Below the pieces are notes generated by a model. It searched no databases, was not told where the DNA came from, and worked only from the letters and a program-made list of their open reading frames with translations. The position numbers were made by a program, and so were the translations under genes. Shown here one piece after another: positions 10,951 through 20,413 of a stretch of 64,000 nt of DNA (position 1 is its first letter; every line of letters starts with the position of its first letter). The stretch covers positions 1-64,000 of the forward strand of contig JAVYLQ010000001.1 in the NCBI GenBank assembly GCA_038740615.1. Reading direction: 5' to 3'. This DNA comes from Candidatus Anstonellales archaeon. GTDB taxonomy: Archaea; Micrarchaeota; Micrarchaeia; Anstonellales; J096.

Positions 10951-11499
10951 CTATTTAGTATTCTGTTGTTGAGCTTGTTGCTGTTGTTTGTTTCGCATCA
11001 CTCCCACACTCATCCCTTTTCTGCCAGTATTCTTAGTTCTCTGTCCTCTAACCTTCTTACCTCTAAGATGTCGGTATCCCTGCCAATTATACATCTTTTT
11101 CTTCCTCTCGATAGACATTCTGGTTGCAAATGCTAGATCATTCATGATAAGATGGTATGATTTACCATCCCACACATCCGACCTTCGATTCATCAGGTAA
11201 GTAGGCATCACAGTACTATCAAGATTACTGAGCAAATTATCAATCTTCTGAATCTGATCATCATCCAGGTTACCTACAAGAGTATCTTTAGGTATCCCTA
11301 ACTTATCAGAAATTAATTTGACAATAAATTTACCTGTTGCAAATGAAATTCCTCTGATTTTCCAGAGTGCTCTGTATAACTTGGTATTACCTAGAACATC
11401 CACACCAGCAATTCTAACAATACCCTTTTTCACATCTTGAGTTTTCTCTGTAGTTTTCTTAGGGGTCTCCTGCTTCTCTCTTTTTTCTTTCTTAGCCAT
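10951..11499 (-). CDS. rps13: 30S ribosomal protein S13
   Basis: IVRIAG, NRRSD, GYRHLRGKKVRGQRTKNTGRKG; GGTGA Shine-Dalgarno upstream. Confidence 0.96.
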   Translation of the reverse strand: MAKKEKREKQETPKKTTEKTQDVKKGIVRIAGVDVLGNTKLYRALWKIRGISFATGKFIVKLISDKLGIPKDTLVGNLDDDQIQKIDNLLSNLDSTVMPTYLMNRRSDVWDGKSYHLIMNDLAFATRMSIERKKKMYNWQGYRHLRGKKVRGQRTKNTGRKGMSVGVMRNKQQQQAQQQNTK

Positions 11500-11544
11500 C
11501 CAATATCACCATCAGTTATGATAATGAAGTTAGATTTAAATACA

Positions 11545-12609
11545 TTATATATTTAATCCTCCAAACAGAGAGTCAATGAGATTAATGAATATATATAGAA
11601 GTAGATATCCAATTGCTAGTGTAATCACAAGATTCTTATAGAATTCACTCTTGCGACTTTCAGAATTAGATATTATCTTTGATGTAAATAGAGATGTGAC
11701 AAAAATAGATAATACTGCAAAATACAGAAATGCATCCTTGCTTATTGATGGAACAGAGAGTTGTATGTTCAATGGTAATAATCCAGGGCTAATATTCATA
11801 TCGCCTATCTGTGCAAAGGTTCTATATAGAACCTCTATCAACTTTAATGATATTGCATATAGGAGTGGCATTCCAAAAACAGATGCTATGAATATGAAAG
11901 ATCGGTAGGTTGTTAGACTTGTTGAAATCTCATCTTTATAATTCTGAATCTCTCTTATATCCAGAGCTAATTTCTCTATTATATCTGCTAATCTTGCTCC
12001 TGTTTTGATACCTTCTACTATAATAATAAAACTCCTCCTAACAATCACAGAGTCAAAATCCTCACTCAGTTTCAGTATCGCTTGATCTATGGGAACTCCT
12101 GAATAGTATTCTTTGACTCTTGCACGAACTAGTTTGGAGAAATACCCATATTCCTCTTTTGCTGCATCTAGCATGGCCTGATCAATTATATTTCCACTTC
12201 TGATACTAGCTGCCAGATTCATTAGAAATTCAGGTAATACTCTCTCAGATTCTCGACGTACTATATCTCCTTTCAAATCCACATAGCCAGATATTATTAA
12301 ATAGAATAGTATATATAGGAGTACCCCATATATAAGAGTTCCTGAGAAAGTAATTATAGTATCTCTAGTTATAACAAATCTATCTTCATTAAACTGAATA
12401 GTTATATCTTTAATCCCCAGTTTTCTGAAAACTTCCCCAACATCGTTACTAGCCAATATAAACCCTATTATAAGTGATAGAAATGCTAGCAATACTAAAG
12501 ATCCTGCAATAAATTCTCCAGATAGAGATATATTAGCGTATTTTAATTTCCTATCCCATTCATATACATATGGCCTGGGCAAGATTTTACTAAACAATTC
12601 CATTACCAT
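11545..12609 (-). CDS. type IV pilus / T2SS-F family platform membrane protein (TadC/PilC-like)
   Basis: LPEFL..LAASIRSG, YG.FS, G..LADII; multiple TM segments; adjacent to pilus ATPase. Confidence 0.85.
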   Translation of the reverse strand: MVMELFSKILPRPYVYEWDRKLKYANISLSGEFIAGSLVLLAFLSLIIGFILASNDVGEVFRKLGIKDITIQFNEDRFVITRDTIITFSGTLIYGVLLYILFYLIISGYVDLKGDIVRRESERVLPEFLMNLAASIRSGNIIDQAMLDAAKEEYGYFSKLVRARVKEYYSGVPIDQAILKLSEDFDSVIVRRSFIIIVEGIKTGARLADIIEKLALDIREIQNYKDEISTSLTTYRSFIFIASVFGMPLLYAISLKLIEVLYRTFAQIGDMNISPGLLPLNIQLSVPSISKDAFLYFAVLSIFVTSLFTSKIISNSESRKSEFYKNLVITLAIGYLLLYIFINLIDSLFGGLNI

Positions 12610-12620
12610 CTTTTTCTCAC

Positions 12621-13424
12621 CTACTCAAAAAGACTATACCTTGGTTTTGAGAATGATATATATTTATAGAAAAGATATTGCACCATTCCGACCACCATAA
12701 GTAATAGTACCAAATGGATTACATTCAAATCTGAAGCCCTACCTGTAAAAGAGAGGATTATGATCATAATGGGTAACATGAGAGTAGGGATTATTATTGC
12801 AATCAACATGTACATTAGCATTAGGGGGTTCAATCTATAACCAAATCTCCTGTATTCATTCACTTTCTCGTTTGTTATCTGTTTCTCCAGTTCCTCAAGA
12901 ATCTTAGCAAGATCGGCTCCAGAATCAATAGCACTAGCTATTTGGAGAAGTACGAATTTCATATAATTACTAGGTACATCTTCTGCCTCTTCTCTCAGAG
13001 CTTTGCTCACAGGGATCCCTGCAGCTATCTTCCTGGCAATTCTCTCCATTATTTCACTACTCTTACCATAACCTCTAGACGTAAGTAGGAATATGTTGTA
13101 TGGTGGGATACCAGCTCTAAGTAAAACTACCATATGCTTGAGTAAGAACCCAATTTCATAATCTACAGCTTTCCTATACAATTCCATCCTAACATCCACT
13201 TCCTTGATGTTTACAAGATACCATAATAGAAACGTTAGTAAAGCTATTAATACAAATAGGGGAATTAGCATTTCGACCATTGTTAATCCAGAGAGGAAGA
13301 TAATGGCCATTAAAACAATCGTTGTCATTACAGAGTAGACAAAAGATAAGAACAGAGCTCTATTGATATATGCTTTAGAATTCATTCCATAATCCAAAAT
13401 CTGTAGCTTTTTCTCCAAATCCAT
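12621..13424 (-). CDS. type IV pilus platform membrane protein (TadB/PilC-like)
   Basis: LRAGIP, GYG.SSE, SAIDSGADL; TM segments at both ends. Confidence 0.85.
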   Translation of the reverse strand: MDLEKKLQILDYGMNSKAYINRALFLSFVYSVMTTIVLMAIIFLSGLTMVEMLIPLFVLIALLTFLLWYLVNIKEVDVRMELYRKAVDYEIGFLLKHMVVLLRAGIPPYNIFLLTSRGYGKSSEIMERIARKIAAGIPVSKALREEAEDVPSNYMKFVLLQIASAIDSGADLAKILEELEKQITNEKVNEYRRFGYRLNPLMLMYMLIAIIIPTLMLPIMIIILSFTGRASDLNVIHLVLLLMVVGMVQYLFYKYISFSKPRYSLFE

Positions 13425-13459
13425 ATTTTAATTGTAGATATAGATATTTAATATTTTAC

Positions 13460-14263
13460 TCATTTATTCTGCAAGTATTTCTGAATTATGTTATCCGGGA
13501 CTCCTTTCTGCTTAAGATAGTAGTACTTAGCTCTCTGGACAGCTTCCTCTTCAGAAATCTGTTTGAGAGAATATTTCTTGAACGCTTCTGGCTCGAATTT
13601 AGCTAAATACAACATAAGGGATGAATTACTCATTCTTTCTAAAGTATCAAATATAGGTCGATATGGTTCAAAATTCATTGTTGATAGAGTATGTTGCTCT
13701 TTCGGTTGTTCAGGCTTCTGATCAACAGCTCTGACCTTCAATATCTTCTGTACCACATCCCCATCCCCCCCGAGCTTCATCACAACATATTCTGCAAGAT
13801 CTCTAGGATCCATATTACTCTTATAATTTTTCAATTTTTTAATCCTCTCGGCTATCTGTTGCTTCTTAGAACTTAGATTTTCAATCCTATAAAGATTGGA
13901 TAGTTTTATGAGCTCACTATCCACATCATTTTTCAATCTATCATATTCTTGGAGATATATATCTATATCCATCTGCTGTTCCTGAACTTTAGGTGATGGA
14001 GTATCCACTATCTTTTGCTCCAACTTTTCCCATTCTCGTTCCACGTTTGCCTTATCTTTAACCTCACTATCCTTGGGTTCGTCTTTTACCTCATCAGTTT
14101 TGATAGGCTCTTTTACAACGATCACAGAACCAGATAGAGATACTAATTTCCAGAAAGACTTTAGATCAGCATCATATAAATCTTGCTCAGTTATTCTGGT
14201 GTTTGATCCAACTATCTTAGCATATCGATCTACATATACTGCGGTCTTGAAAAAATCACTCAT
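13460..14263 (-). CDS. hypothetical protein within the pilus cluster
   Basis: ATG at 14263 after a GGTGGGAG SD-like sequence (ORF track starts at 14299); charged, coiled-coil-like. Confidence 0.6.
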   Translation of the reverse strand: MSDFFKTAVYVDRYAKIVGSNTRITEQDLYDADLKSFWKLVSLSGSVIVVKEPIKTDEVKDEPKDSEVKDKANVEREWEKLEQKIVDTPSPKVQEQQMDIDIYLQEYDRLKNDVDSELIKLSNLYRIENLSSKKQQIAERIKKLKNYKSNMDPRDLAEYVVMKLGGDGDVVQKILKVRAVDQKPEQPKEQHTLSTMNFEPYRPIFDTLERMSNSSLMLYLAKFEPEAFKKYSLKQISEEEAVQRAKYYYLKQKGVPDNIIQKYLQNK

Positions 14264-15734
14264 CAAACTCCCACCTTCTATTATTAGCTGCAAATTCAAT
14301 TATCTCCTCTGGATTCTTGTAATACCTAGATACTAAATAACCAACCCTATCCACATCGAAATATTCATTGTTCACCATCCAATTTAGAATATGCTCTTTC
14401 TCCTTAAGATCTATCATCACCTCCTCCTCTTTCCATCCCAAATACATCTCGAATAGTTCAAAGGTCTTCTTCATTCTCTTTTTCTCATAGGCAGATCTCT
14501 TAAAATTCCAGCGATATATTATATTAACCTCTCCATTATCCAACACCTCAGCTATCTCAAAAGTTTTTCTTACATTATTTCTTCTATTCCTCACCTGCAC
14601 CATTATAGCACCAAGACTATCTAACATCTCCTTAGGCAAATTAATTGGAGGGGTAGTTAATCTGTTTACAGCCTGTGCTGCACTGTCTGCGTGTATCGTT
14701 GAATAAACACTGTGTCCAGTTCGCATAGCCTCAAACATAATCTCCGCTTCTCTCTGTCTTCTTACCTCTCCTACGAGTATTCTGTCTGGTCTCATTCTCA
14801 AACTGTTTACTAGTAAATCCAACATACTAACCTCCCCTTTTCCTTCGGGATTTGGTTGCCTAACAAGCATTGGAACCCACTGTAAATACTTCGGCAGAGT
14901 CAATTCCCTCGTATCTTCTATAGATATTACTCTCTGATTTGCTGGAATGAATTCAGAGATACTATTCAATACTGATGTCTTTCCAGATCCAGTTCCCCCA
15001 GCTATCAGTACAGATATCTCGTTTTGAACATAGCTCCATATTAGAGCAGCTATCTCTGAACTAATTGTACCATTCTTTATCAATCTGGTTATAGACCATG
15101 GATTCTTAGAGAATTTCCTTATAGTTATTGTATTCCCCGTGTTTGAGATAGGAAATAGTGTTGCATTAACTCTACTACCATCTGGCAAGGTAGCATCTAA
15201 CAGTGGATTTAGAGTATTTATTTGCCTACCAACTCTTCTAGCTATGGTAGAAGAATAGTTGTATATATCCTCTTCCTTTTTTAATATCAGATTAGTCTTA
15301 CACCAACCTGCTCTCTTGTGATATACCCAAATAGGCTGATTAGATCCATTAACACATATTTCTTCTATGTTTTCATCGTAGCTCAAGATCTCCAATTCCC
15401 CTAATCCTACTGTAGTTAATAATAGATACTCTGTGAGAATTGTTAGTGATTTTTCATCAATATCTTTGAAATTTTCCTTGAGAATTTTCTGAGCTACATC
15501 TCTATATATCTCTCTAACATATTCGTATTTATTTGGATCTAGAAGGTCTCGTATATCAACGTTGGCTTTCTTTATCAGATCGTATTTTATCTTATTATCT
15601 ATTATAACTCTTGTAGCATCGCTTAGTGATGGTATTCTAATCTCATATATCGGTACAAAATCATCCTCCGGTTGAGATATGCTTACGTTTATAGGGAATC
15701 CTGTTGGACTGACAATAGAATAATCTAATTTCAT
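14256..15734 (-). CDS. type IV pilus assembly ATPase (CpaF/TadA/PilB family)
   Basis: GGTGSGKT Walker A, IEDTREL Asp box, LRMRPDRILVGEVR Walker B, TGH...TIHA His box. Confidence 0.95.
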   Translation of the reverse strand: MKLDYSIVSPTGFPINVSISQPEDDFVPIYEIRIPSLSDATRVIIDNKIKYDLIKKANVDIRDLLDPNKYEYVREIYRDVAQKILKENFKDIDEKSLTILTEYLLLTTVGLGELEILSYDENIEEICVNGSNQPIWVYHKRAGWCKTNLILKKEEDIYNYSSTIARRVGRQINTLNPLLDATLPDGSRVNATLFPISNTGNTITIRKFSKNPWSITRLIKNGTISSEIAALIWSYVQNEISVLIAGGTGSGKTSVLNSISEFIPANQRVISIEDTRELTLPKYLQWVPMLVRQPNPEGKGEVSMLDLLVNSLRMRPDRILVGEVRRQREAEIMFEAMRTGHSVYSTIHADSAAQAVNRLTTPPINLPKEMLDSLGAIMVQVRNRRNNVRKTFEIAEVLDNGEVNIIYRWNFKRSAYEKKRMKKTFELFEMYLGWKEEEVMIDLKEKEHILNWMVNNEYFDVDRVGYLVSRYYKNPEEIIEFAANNRRWEFDE

Positions 15735-16219
15735 CGTTCTAGTACCACATTTAATATTCCATTTTTGATGCTCTTATCAACAATCTTGGCCTTATGAAAA
15801 TCTTCATGAAGAGGGATCTTAATGTTCATCTCATCTGAAACTATATTCAACTTTCCTCTGACGATTTCCATATGTAGATCATTGATATCATAATTTTTAT
15901 TCAACAATACTGTAATGTTCATTCTATTTCCCTCTCTGGATACTTCAAACAGAGGCATATTAATGTTCTCTTCTTCAGCAAGCTCTATATTTTTCATATC
16001 AAACGATATCCCAAATCCTCTGAACATTCTCTCAATCATCCTATTGAACATCTCCATCTCCCTATTGAACCTCTCCATTTCCTCTTTATCAAAATTATTA
16101 CTAATCTCTATTTTGGGAGGATTGTTGCCGTCTCGTATGATCCTAATGCTAAATTTTCTAACTTTAAAATTGTCCTTGTCCTCATCCATAATATTCTCAC
16201 CCATTAATATAATACTCAT
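15731..16219 (-). CDS. small heat shock protein (Hsp20-like), divergent
   Basis: C-terminal alpha-crystallin-like pattern ending IKNGILNVVL; true start may be 16204 or 16189. Confidence 0.6.
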   Translation of the reverse strand: MSIILMGENIMDEDKDNFKVRKFSIRIIRDGNNPPKIEISNNFDKEEMERFNREMEMFNRMIERMFRGFGISFDMKNIELAEEENINMPLFEVSREGNRMNITVLLNKNYDINDLHMEIVRGKLNIVSDEMNIKIPLHEDFHKAKIVDKSIKNGILNVVLER

Positions 16220-16375
16220 ATACGCTTTAAAAGCTTATCAAAACATAAACACACCAGAAAACGCCTCTAAAATCTAAAGAAACCTATTATTTCTTCTTCT
16301 TTTTAGGCATTTTACGCCCACCTAAATATTATATAGGTTTGAAACATTTAAAAACATTATGTTCTCAAATATAGC

Positions 16376-17005
16376 ATGCTACTCAGAATGAATGGGAAAA
16401 TATATACAAGAAATTTAACCCCTGGCAAATCAGTTTATGGGGAAAAACTGATCAGATTCAATGATGTTGAATATAGAGAATGGGACCCATATCGTAGTAA
16501 ATTAGCTGGTGCTATCGTCAAAGGCCTAAAAACATTCGAATTCAATTCGGAATCAAAAGTTCTGTATCTAGGGGCATCTACAGGCACCACAATATCACAT
16601 ATATCAGATATATGTGTAGATGGATCTATATATGCAGTAGAGATATCTAAGCGTATGATGATAGAGTTATTAAAACTAGCTGATGTGAGGGATAATATAA
16701 TTCCCATATTAGAAGATGCAAATCATCCAGAGAGATATAAAGAGATAGGTGAGGTGGATATAATATATCAAGATGTTGCCCAACCCAATCAATCTGAGAT
16801 ATTTGTAAAGAATATTAGACAGTTCAAGCCTAAAATAGCATATTTATGTCTAAAAACACAGAGTATTGATGTATCCGCAGATCCTAAAGAGATATTAGAT
16901 GAGGAACTGAATAGAATCGGTTATAAGCCTCTGGAGATAATCGATCTGAATCCTTACGATAAACACCATTATTTTCTAGTTTTTAGGATCTCTCTCGAAC
17001 ACTAA
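16376..17005 (+). CDS. flpA: fibrillarin, box C/D 2'-O-methyltransferase
   Basis: VYGEK, REWDPYRSKLA, VLYLGASTGTTISH, YQDVAQPNQ. Confidence 0.97.
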   Translation: MLLRMNGKIYTRNLTPGKSVYGEKLIRFNDVEYREWDPYRSKLAGAIVKGLKTFEFNSESKVLYLGASTGTTISHISDICVDGSIYAVEISKRMMIELLKLADVRDNIIPILEDANHPERYKEIGEVDIIYQDVAQPNQSEIFVKNIRQFKPKIAYLCLKTQSIDVSADPKEILDEELNRIGYKPLEIIDLNPYDKHHYFLVFRISLEH

Positions 17006-18142
17006 TAACATAGATTTTGTCTGTTCATTTAGAAGAGCCTCTATAAGAGCTGATTTTGGAACGAGAGAGCTATCAATACCCTTTCCCTCACTTACATATA
17101 TAAATATATCCTCATCGCTCTCCAAAACATCCAATTCAGAACGATTGTCTGGGTCAATCTGTCTATAAACATCTAATCTCCTATTCATAATATCCAACGC
17201 CCAAGTTCTAATTTTTCTATCCTCAGCTCTAGACAATTTCCATAGGACCACATCATCTCCAGAATTTATAATATCCTCTAAAGTTAGTACCTCATGCTTT
17301 AGAGCCCTATATATAAGCTTCCTCAATATAGCCGCTGCCTTCAGAACCTTATTATGGTTGTATACATTCTGAAACATCATGTATCTACCTATCAACATGG
17401 CCTCTATACTCTTAGAACCTTCGATATGAATTTTCCAACTATTCTGTTCTCTCCAGTTAGGATTTACCAATAGTATGTTTTTCAATATAAAATCTGTTTC
17501 TATAACTCCGTAGGAAGTTCCTGTATAGTATGCATCTCTAACAAGATAATCCAATCTATCTAGACCTGCATCAAAACTGATTAGAGGAACCTCTAACAGC
17601 TCAAAATCCGAAGGTAATTTCAAATTTTTACCAATATCATCTATAATAAGTTGACTCAGAGCCATACCCAGCTGTTCATGAAATTTGTGATTTGGTTTAC
17701 CATTATTGTCTTTGAGATCTTCGACTTTAACACATTGCTTTTCTCGCTCAAAATGAGCCTTAATCTCACCACTATACATCAACCCAAGTACGTGTTCTGC
17801 ATCATGTGAAAAAGCTACATGACCAACATCATGGAGTAATGCATAGTATCGAGATTGTTGAATCAGGGCTCTTCTCTCATTTTCAGATAATTTCTGATAA
17901 TATGTTCTTTTTGTTCTATCTCTGGCTTGCATGATATTCTGAATGTGGAAATACTTCTCTACTAGACCATAAACCCCTAAGGAATGTTCATATCTTGTAT
18001 GAGTAGCTCCAGGATATATGAGATATGCTAAAGACAGCTGTTTTATCCTTCTGAGTCTATTCATGATAGGATGGTTTAGTAGGTATTTAAACTCTTGTGG
18101 AAAATATATCATACCATGTATTGGGTCTTTTATACTGATCAT
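16976..18142 (-). CDS. HD-domain phosphohydrolase (dNTP triphosphohydrolase/SAMHD1-like family)
   Basis: DPIHG, RLRRIKQL, YPGATHTRYEHSLG, ALLHDVGH, DRLDYLVRD. Confidence 0.9.
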   Translation of the reverse strand: MISIKDPIHGMIYFPQEFKYLLNHPIMNRLRRIKQLSLAYLIYPGATHTRYEHSLGVYGLVEKYFHIQNIMQARDRTKRTYYQKLSENERRALIQQSRYYALLHDVGHVAFSHDAEHVLGLMYSGEIKAHFEREKQCVKVEDLKDNNGKPNHKFHEQLGMALSQLIIDDIGKNLKLPSDFELLEVPLISFDAGLDRLDYLVRDAYYTGTSYGVIETDFILKNILLVNPNWREQNSWKIHIEGSKSIEAMLIGRYMMFQNVYNHNKVLKAAAILRKLIYRALKHEVLTLEDIINSGDDVVLWKLSRAEDRKIRTWALDIMNRRLDVYRQIDPDNRSELDVLESDEDIFIYVSEGKGIDSSLVPKSALIEALLNEQTKSMLLVFERDPKN

Positions 18143-18858
18143 ATTCTCTTAAACACATCAGGTTGCTCTTCCATACATTCCCCTTGATCAGCTAGAATTA
18201 CTAGTATTATCCTTACCATTTGGCTAGGAAGACCTGTTTTTTCAGAGATCTTATTGATATGGGTTGGATATTTTATCAACCTAACTATTCTATCTCGATT
18301 CTTTTCAAATAGCTCTCTTCTTATTAAGTATAATTGATTATCAATAGGATTCAAAAAAATTATAAACCTATCTATATCATCTCTCTTCTTTATTATTTCC
18401 ATATCTGATGCGGAAAATATTCCATATTCTAACTTAGGATCTGTCAGATTCTTAGTATGAGATACAATCTTCATAGCTTCATAAATATCCTTAGGTATAC
18501 TAATATTTCCATTTGGCAATAGTCTTATCAAATTCTTATCTAGAAGACTTTTCAAAATCTTTAGTTCATTCTGTGATAGTTCCTTCCTCAGATAGTCTAG
18601 ATTTCTATTTTTATAGAATATCAAAGAGACCTTCCATAGAAGATCTAACTGTTCTGGAGACAATTCTTTGAGTAATTTCTCAGATTTTGGACTAAGTTTA
18701 GATTTTCCCTTAGTTTCCAAATCTTCAATCGTCTCAATCATCTTGGGTTCAATGCTGGATAGATCTTTCTTAACAATAAGTATCACATTATCATTCAGAA
18801 AATATGCTTCAAATCCTAAGGCCTTGATTTTGTTAATATAATCATGTATAGTCTCCAT
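18139..18858 (-). CDS. hypothetical protein, possible winged-helix domains
   Basis: ATGA-coupled to the HD gene; C-terminal HTH-like segment ISEKTGLPSQMVRIILVILADQG. Confidence 0.55.
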   Translation of the reverse strand: METIHDYINKIKALGFEAYFLNDNVILIVKKDLSSIEPKMIETIEDLETKGKSKLSPKSEKLLKELSPEQLDLLWKVSLIFYKNRNLDYLRKELSQNELKILKSLLDKNLIRLLPNGNISIPKDIYEAMKIVSHTKNLTDPKLEYGIFSASDMEIIKKRDDIDRFIIFLNPIDNQLYLIRRELFEKNRDRIVRLIKYPTHINKISEKTGLPSQMVRIILVILADQGECMEEQPDVFKRI

Positions 18859-18914
18859 ATTTTAAATATTCCCGCATATAAATTTAAAGTTAATATATAA
18901 AATTAAAATTATAA

Positions 18915-18968
18915 ATGTGATGAACACTGGATATTCTGATGTGATGATGAGAAATTTGAGTACTGATG
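18915..18968 (+). ncRNA. box C/D methylation-guide sRNA
   Basis: Box C GTGATGA (18917-23), 12-nt guide, D' CTGA (18936-39), C' ATGATGA (18944-50), 12-nt guide, D CTGA (18963-66); TTTAAA at 18883-88 upstream. Confidence 0.8.
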
Positions 18969-19074
18969 ATTATGGGGAGATTAATTAGAGGATTGTTCAC
19001 AATAATAATCATGCTAATTGCAGAAGGAATTCTAGAATTATTATTTATCGTATTCAGATTCCTAAAGAGATAAA

Positions 19075-20226
19075 TCAATCTGATCGTTTCATATTTTCAA
19101 TATGTTCTAACAATCTCCTACCTTCCTCTTCATCTACTTGTCTTGTACCTTTACCAACTTTGCTCACACTTATCCTATCATACCCATTATCTCTTAAGAC
19201 GTTCACTATTTTCTGGACATACTCTTGTGTAGTGAATATGATTGGATTTGGCCCGGCATCAAAAGAATAAGCTGCTATATTTCTCCCATGATTCTGGTTG
19301 AGTTCAATTATCAACTCCGCTACTCTATGGCTAGCATCATTCATATATACTATTCTTGGATAACTCCTAAGCATCGATGAGTGTAGTCCATCAGATGCTT
19401 TCATAGTCAATTCCCAAACTCTAGGATAATCTTTACTTCTCATAGCACTGATTAGATGAGGTAATAGAATATATTCCTCGTATTTAACCCAATCCCAATA
19501 CAGAGGATCTGTCCTGGTAGTTATCTCCATCCCCTCTCTACTACTAATATTTTTCTTAGCTGAATTAACAGTAACGATTATTATTCTTAGATCATCCAGT
19601 TCTTCAGCCGGTATTAATGATTCTGCATAGCTACTTTTCAGTATCACATCACGATCAAATCCCAACTGAGAGTAGTTTCTGAGTTGGTACATATCAAATC
19701 CTCTATACCAAACCACGAATCCTCCTGATGATGGAATGCTTCTAGATGCAGAACCAGATAGCTGTGCAGCATATATAGATAGAGTTCTCTCATCTAAATT
19801 TTGAAACTCTGGAATTACTTTATAGAATGCATATGCTAGCGCAGAGAATCCAGAGGCAGATGATGCTAATCCTGCTCCTGTAGGGAAGTCATTCGCAGAT
19901 CGTATTTTATAATTATATTTATACAAACTACTCAAACCAGATACAATTGCTAGATTTCTAATAAACTCTTCCACATTACTCCATTCCTTAGAATTTTGGC
20001 TAATCTTCTCCCCATCTAGATAGAATTCAAGTAATTTTCCACTACCATTAGGAATTATGGTAAGCTCAGTAATAGTTTTGTAGCTATCAGCTATAAGAGA
20101 TGCTGAAGATTTTGTAGGGTATCTGGGAATATCTAGATCCCCTATTATCTCCTTTGGCATAACTCCCCAATACTTAACCAGAGCTAGATTGGGATGAGAT
20201 AATACATAAACGGTCTTCTCAGTCAT
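19075..20226 (-). CDS. mvaD: (di)phosphomevalonate decarboxylase, GHMP family
   Basis: NLALVKYWG, NDFPTGAGLASSASGF, SGSASRS, SSREGM, FDAGPNP. Confidence 0.88.
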   Translation of the reverse strand: MTEKTVYVLSHPNLALVKYWGVMPKEIIGDLDIPRYPTKSSASLIADSYKTITELTIIPNGSGKLLEFYLDGEKISQNSKEWSNVEEFIRNLAIVSGLSSLYKYNYKIRSANDFPTGAGLASSASGFSALAYAFYKVIPEFQNLDERTLSIYAAQLSGSASRSIPSSGGFVVWYRGFDMYQLRNYSQLGFDRDVILKSSYAESLIPAEELDDLRIIIVTVNSAKKNISSREGMEITTRTDPLYWDWVKYEEYILLPHLISAMRSKDYPRVWELTMKASDGLHSSMLRSYPRIVYMNDASHRVAELIIELNQNHGRNIAAYSFDAGPNPIIFTTQEYVQKIVNVLRDNGYDRISVSKVGKGTRQVDEEEGRRLLEHIENMKRSD

Positions 20227-20269
20227 GTGTTAGTATTCTATAAATAAGATTATAAAGAGCTATGTTATA

Positions 20270-20357
20270 TCCCGTCGGAGGGATTTGAACCCCCAACCTC
20301 CCGGTAACAACGATTTCCTCACTACAGCCGGGCGCTCTACCGTTGAGCTACGACGGG
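20270..20357 (-). tRNA. tRNA-Tyr(GTA) with 16-nt intron at 37/38 (intron 20306-20321)
   Basis: C1:G72 acceptor CCCGTCG/CGACGGG plus A73; anticodon arm CCCGG-CT-GTA-G[TGAGGAAATCGTTGTT]A-CCGGG; GGTTCAAATCC T arm. Confidence 0.93.
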
Positions 20358-20413
20358 TCTGTTTGTTTTATAAGTACATGTTTTTTAAAATCTAACTCTG
20401 GATAGATAAACTC

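Noticed and set aside
18890..19078. 62-aa minus-strand ORF in the track
   Set aside because: Ile/Asn/His-rich antisense shadow over the C/D sRNA and its promoter.
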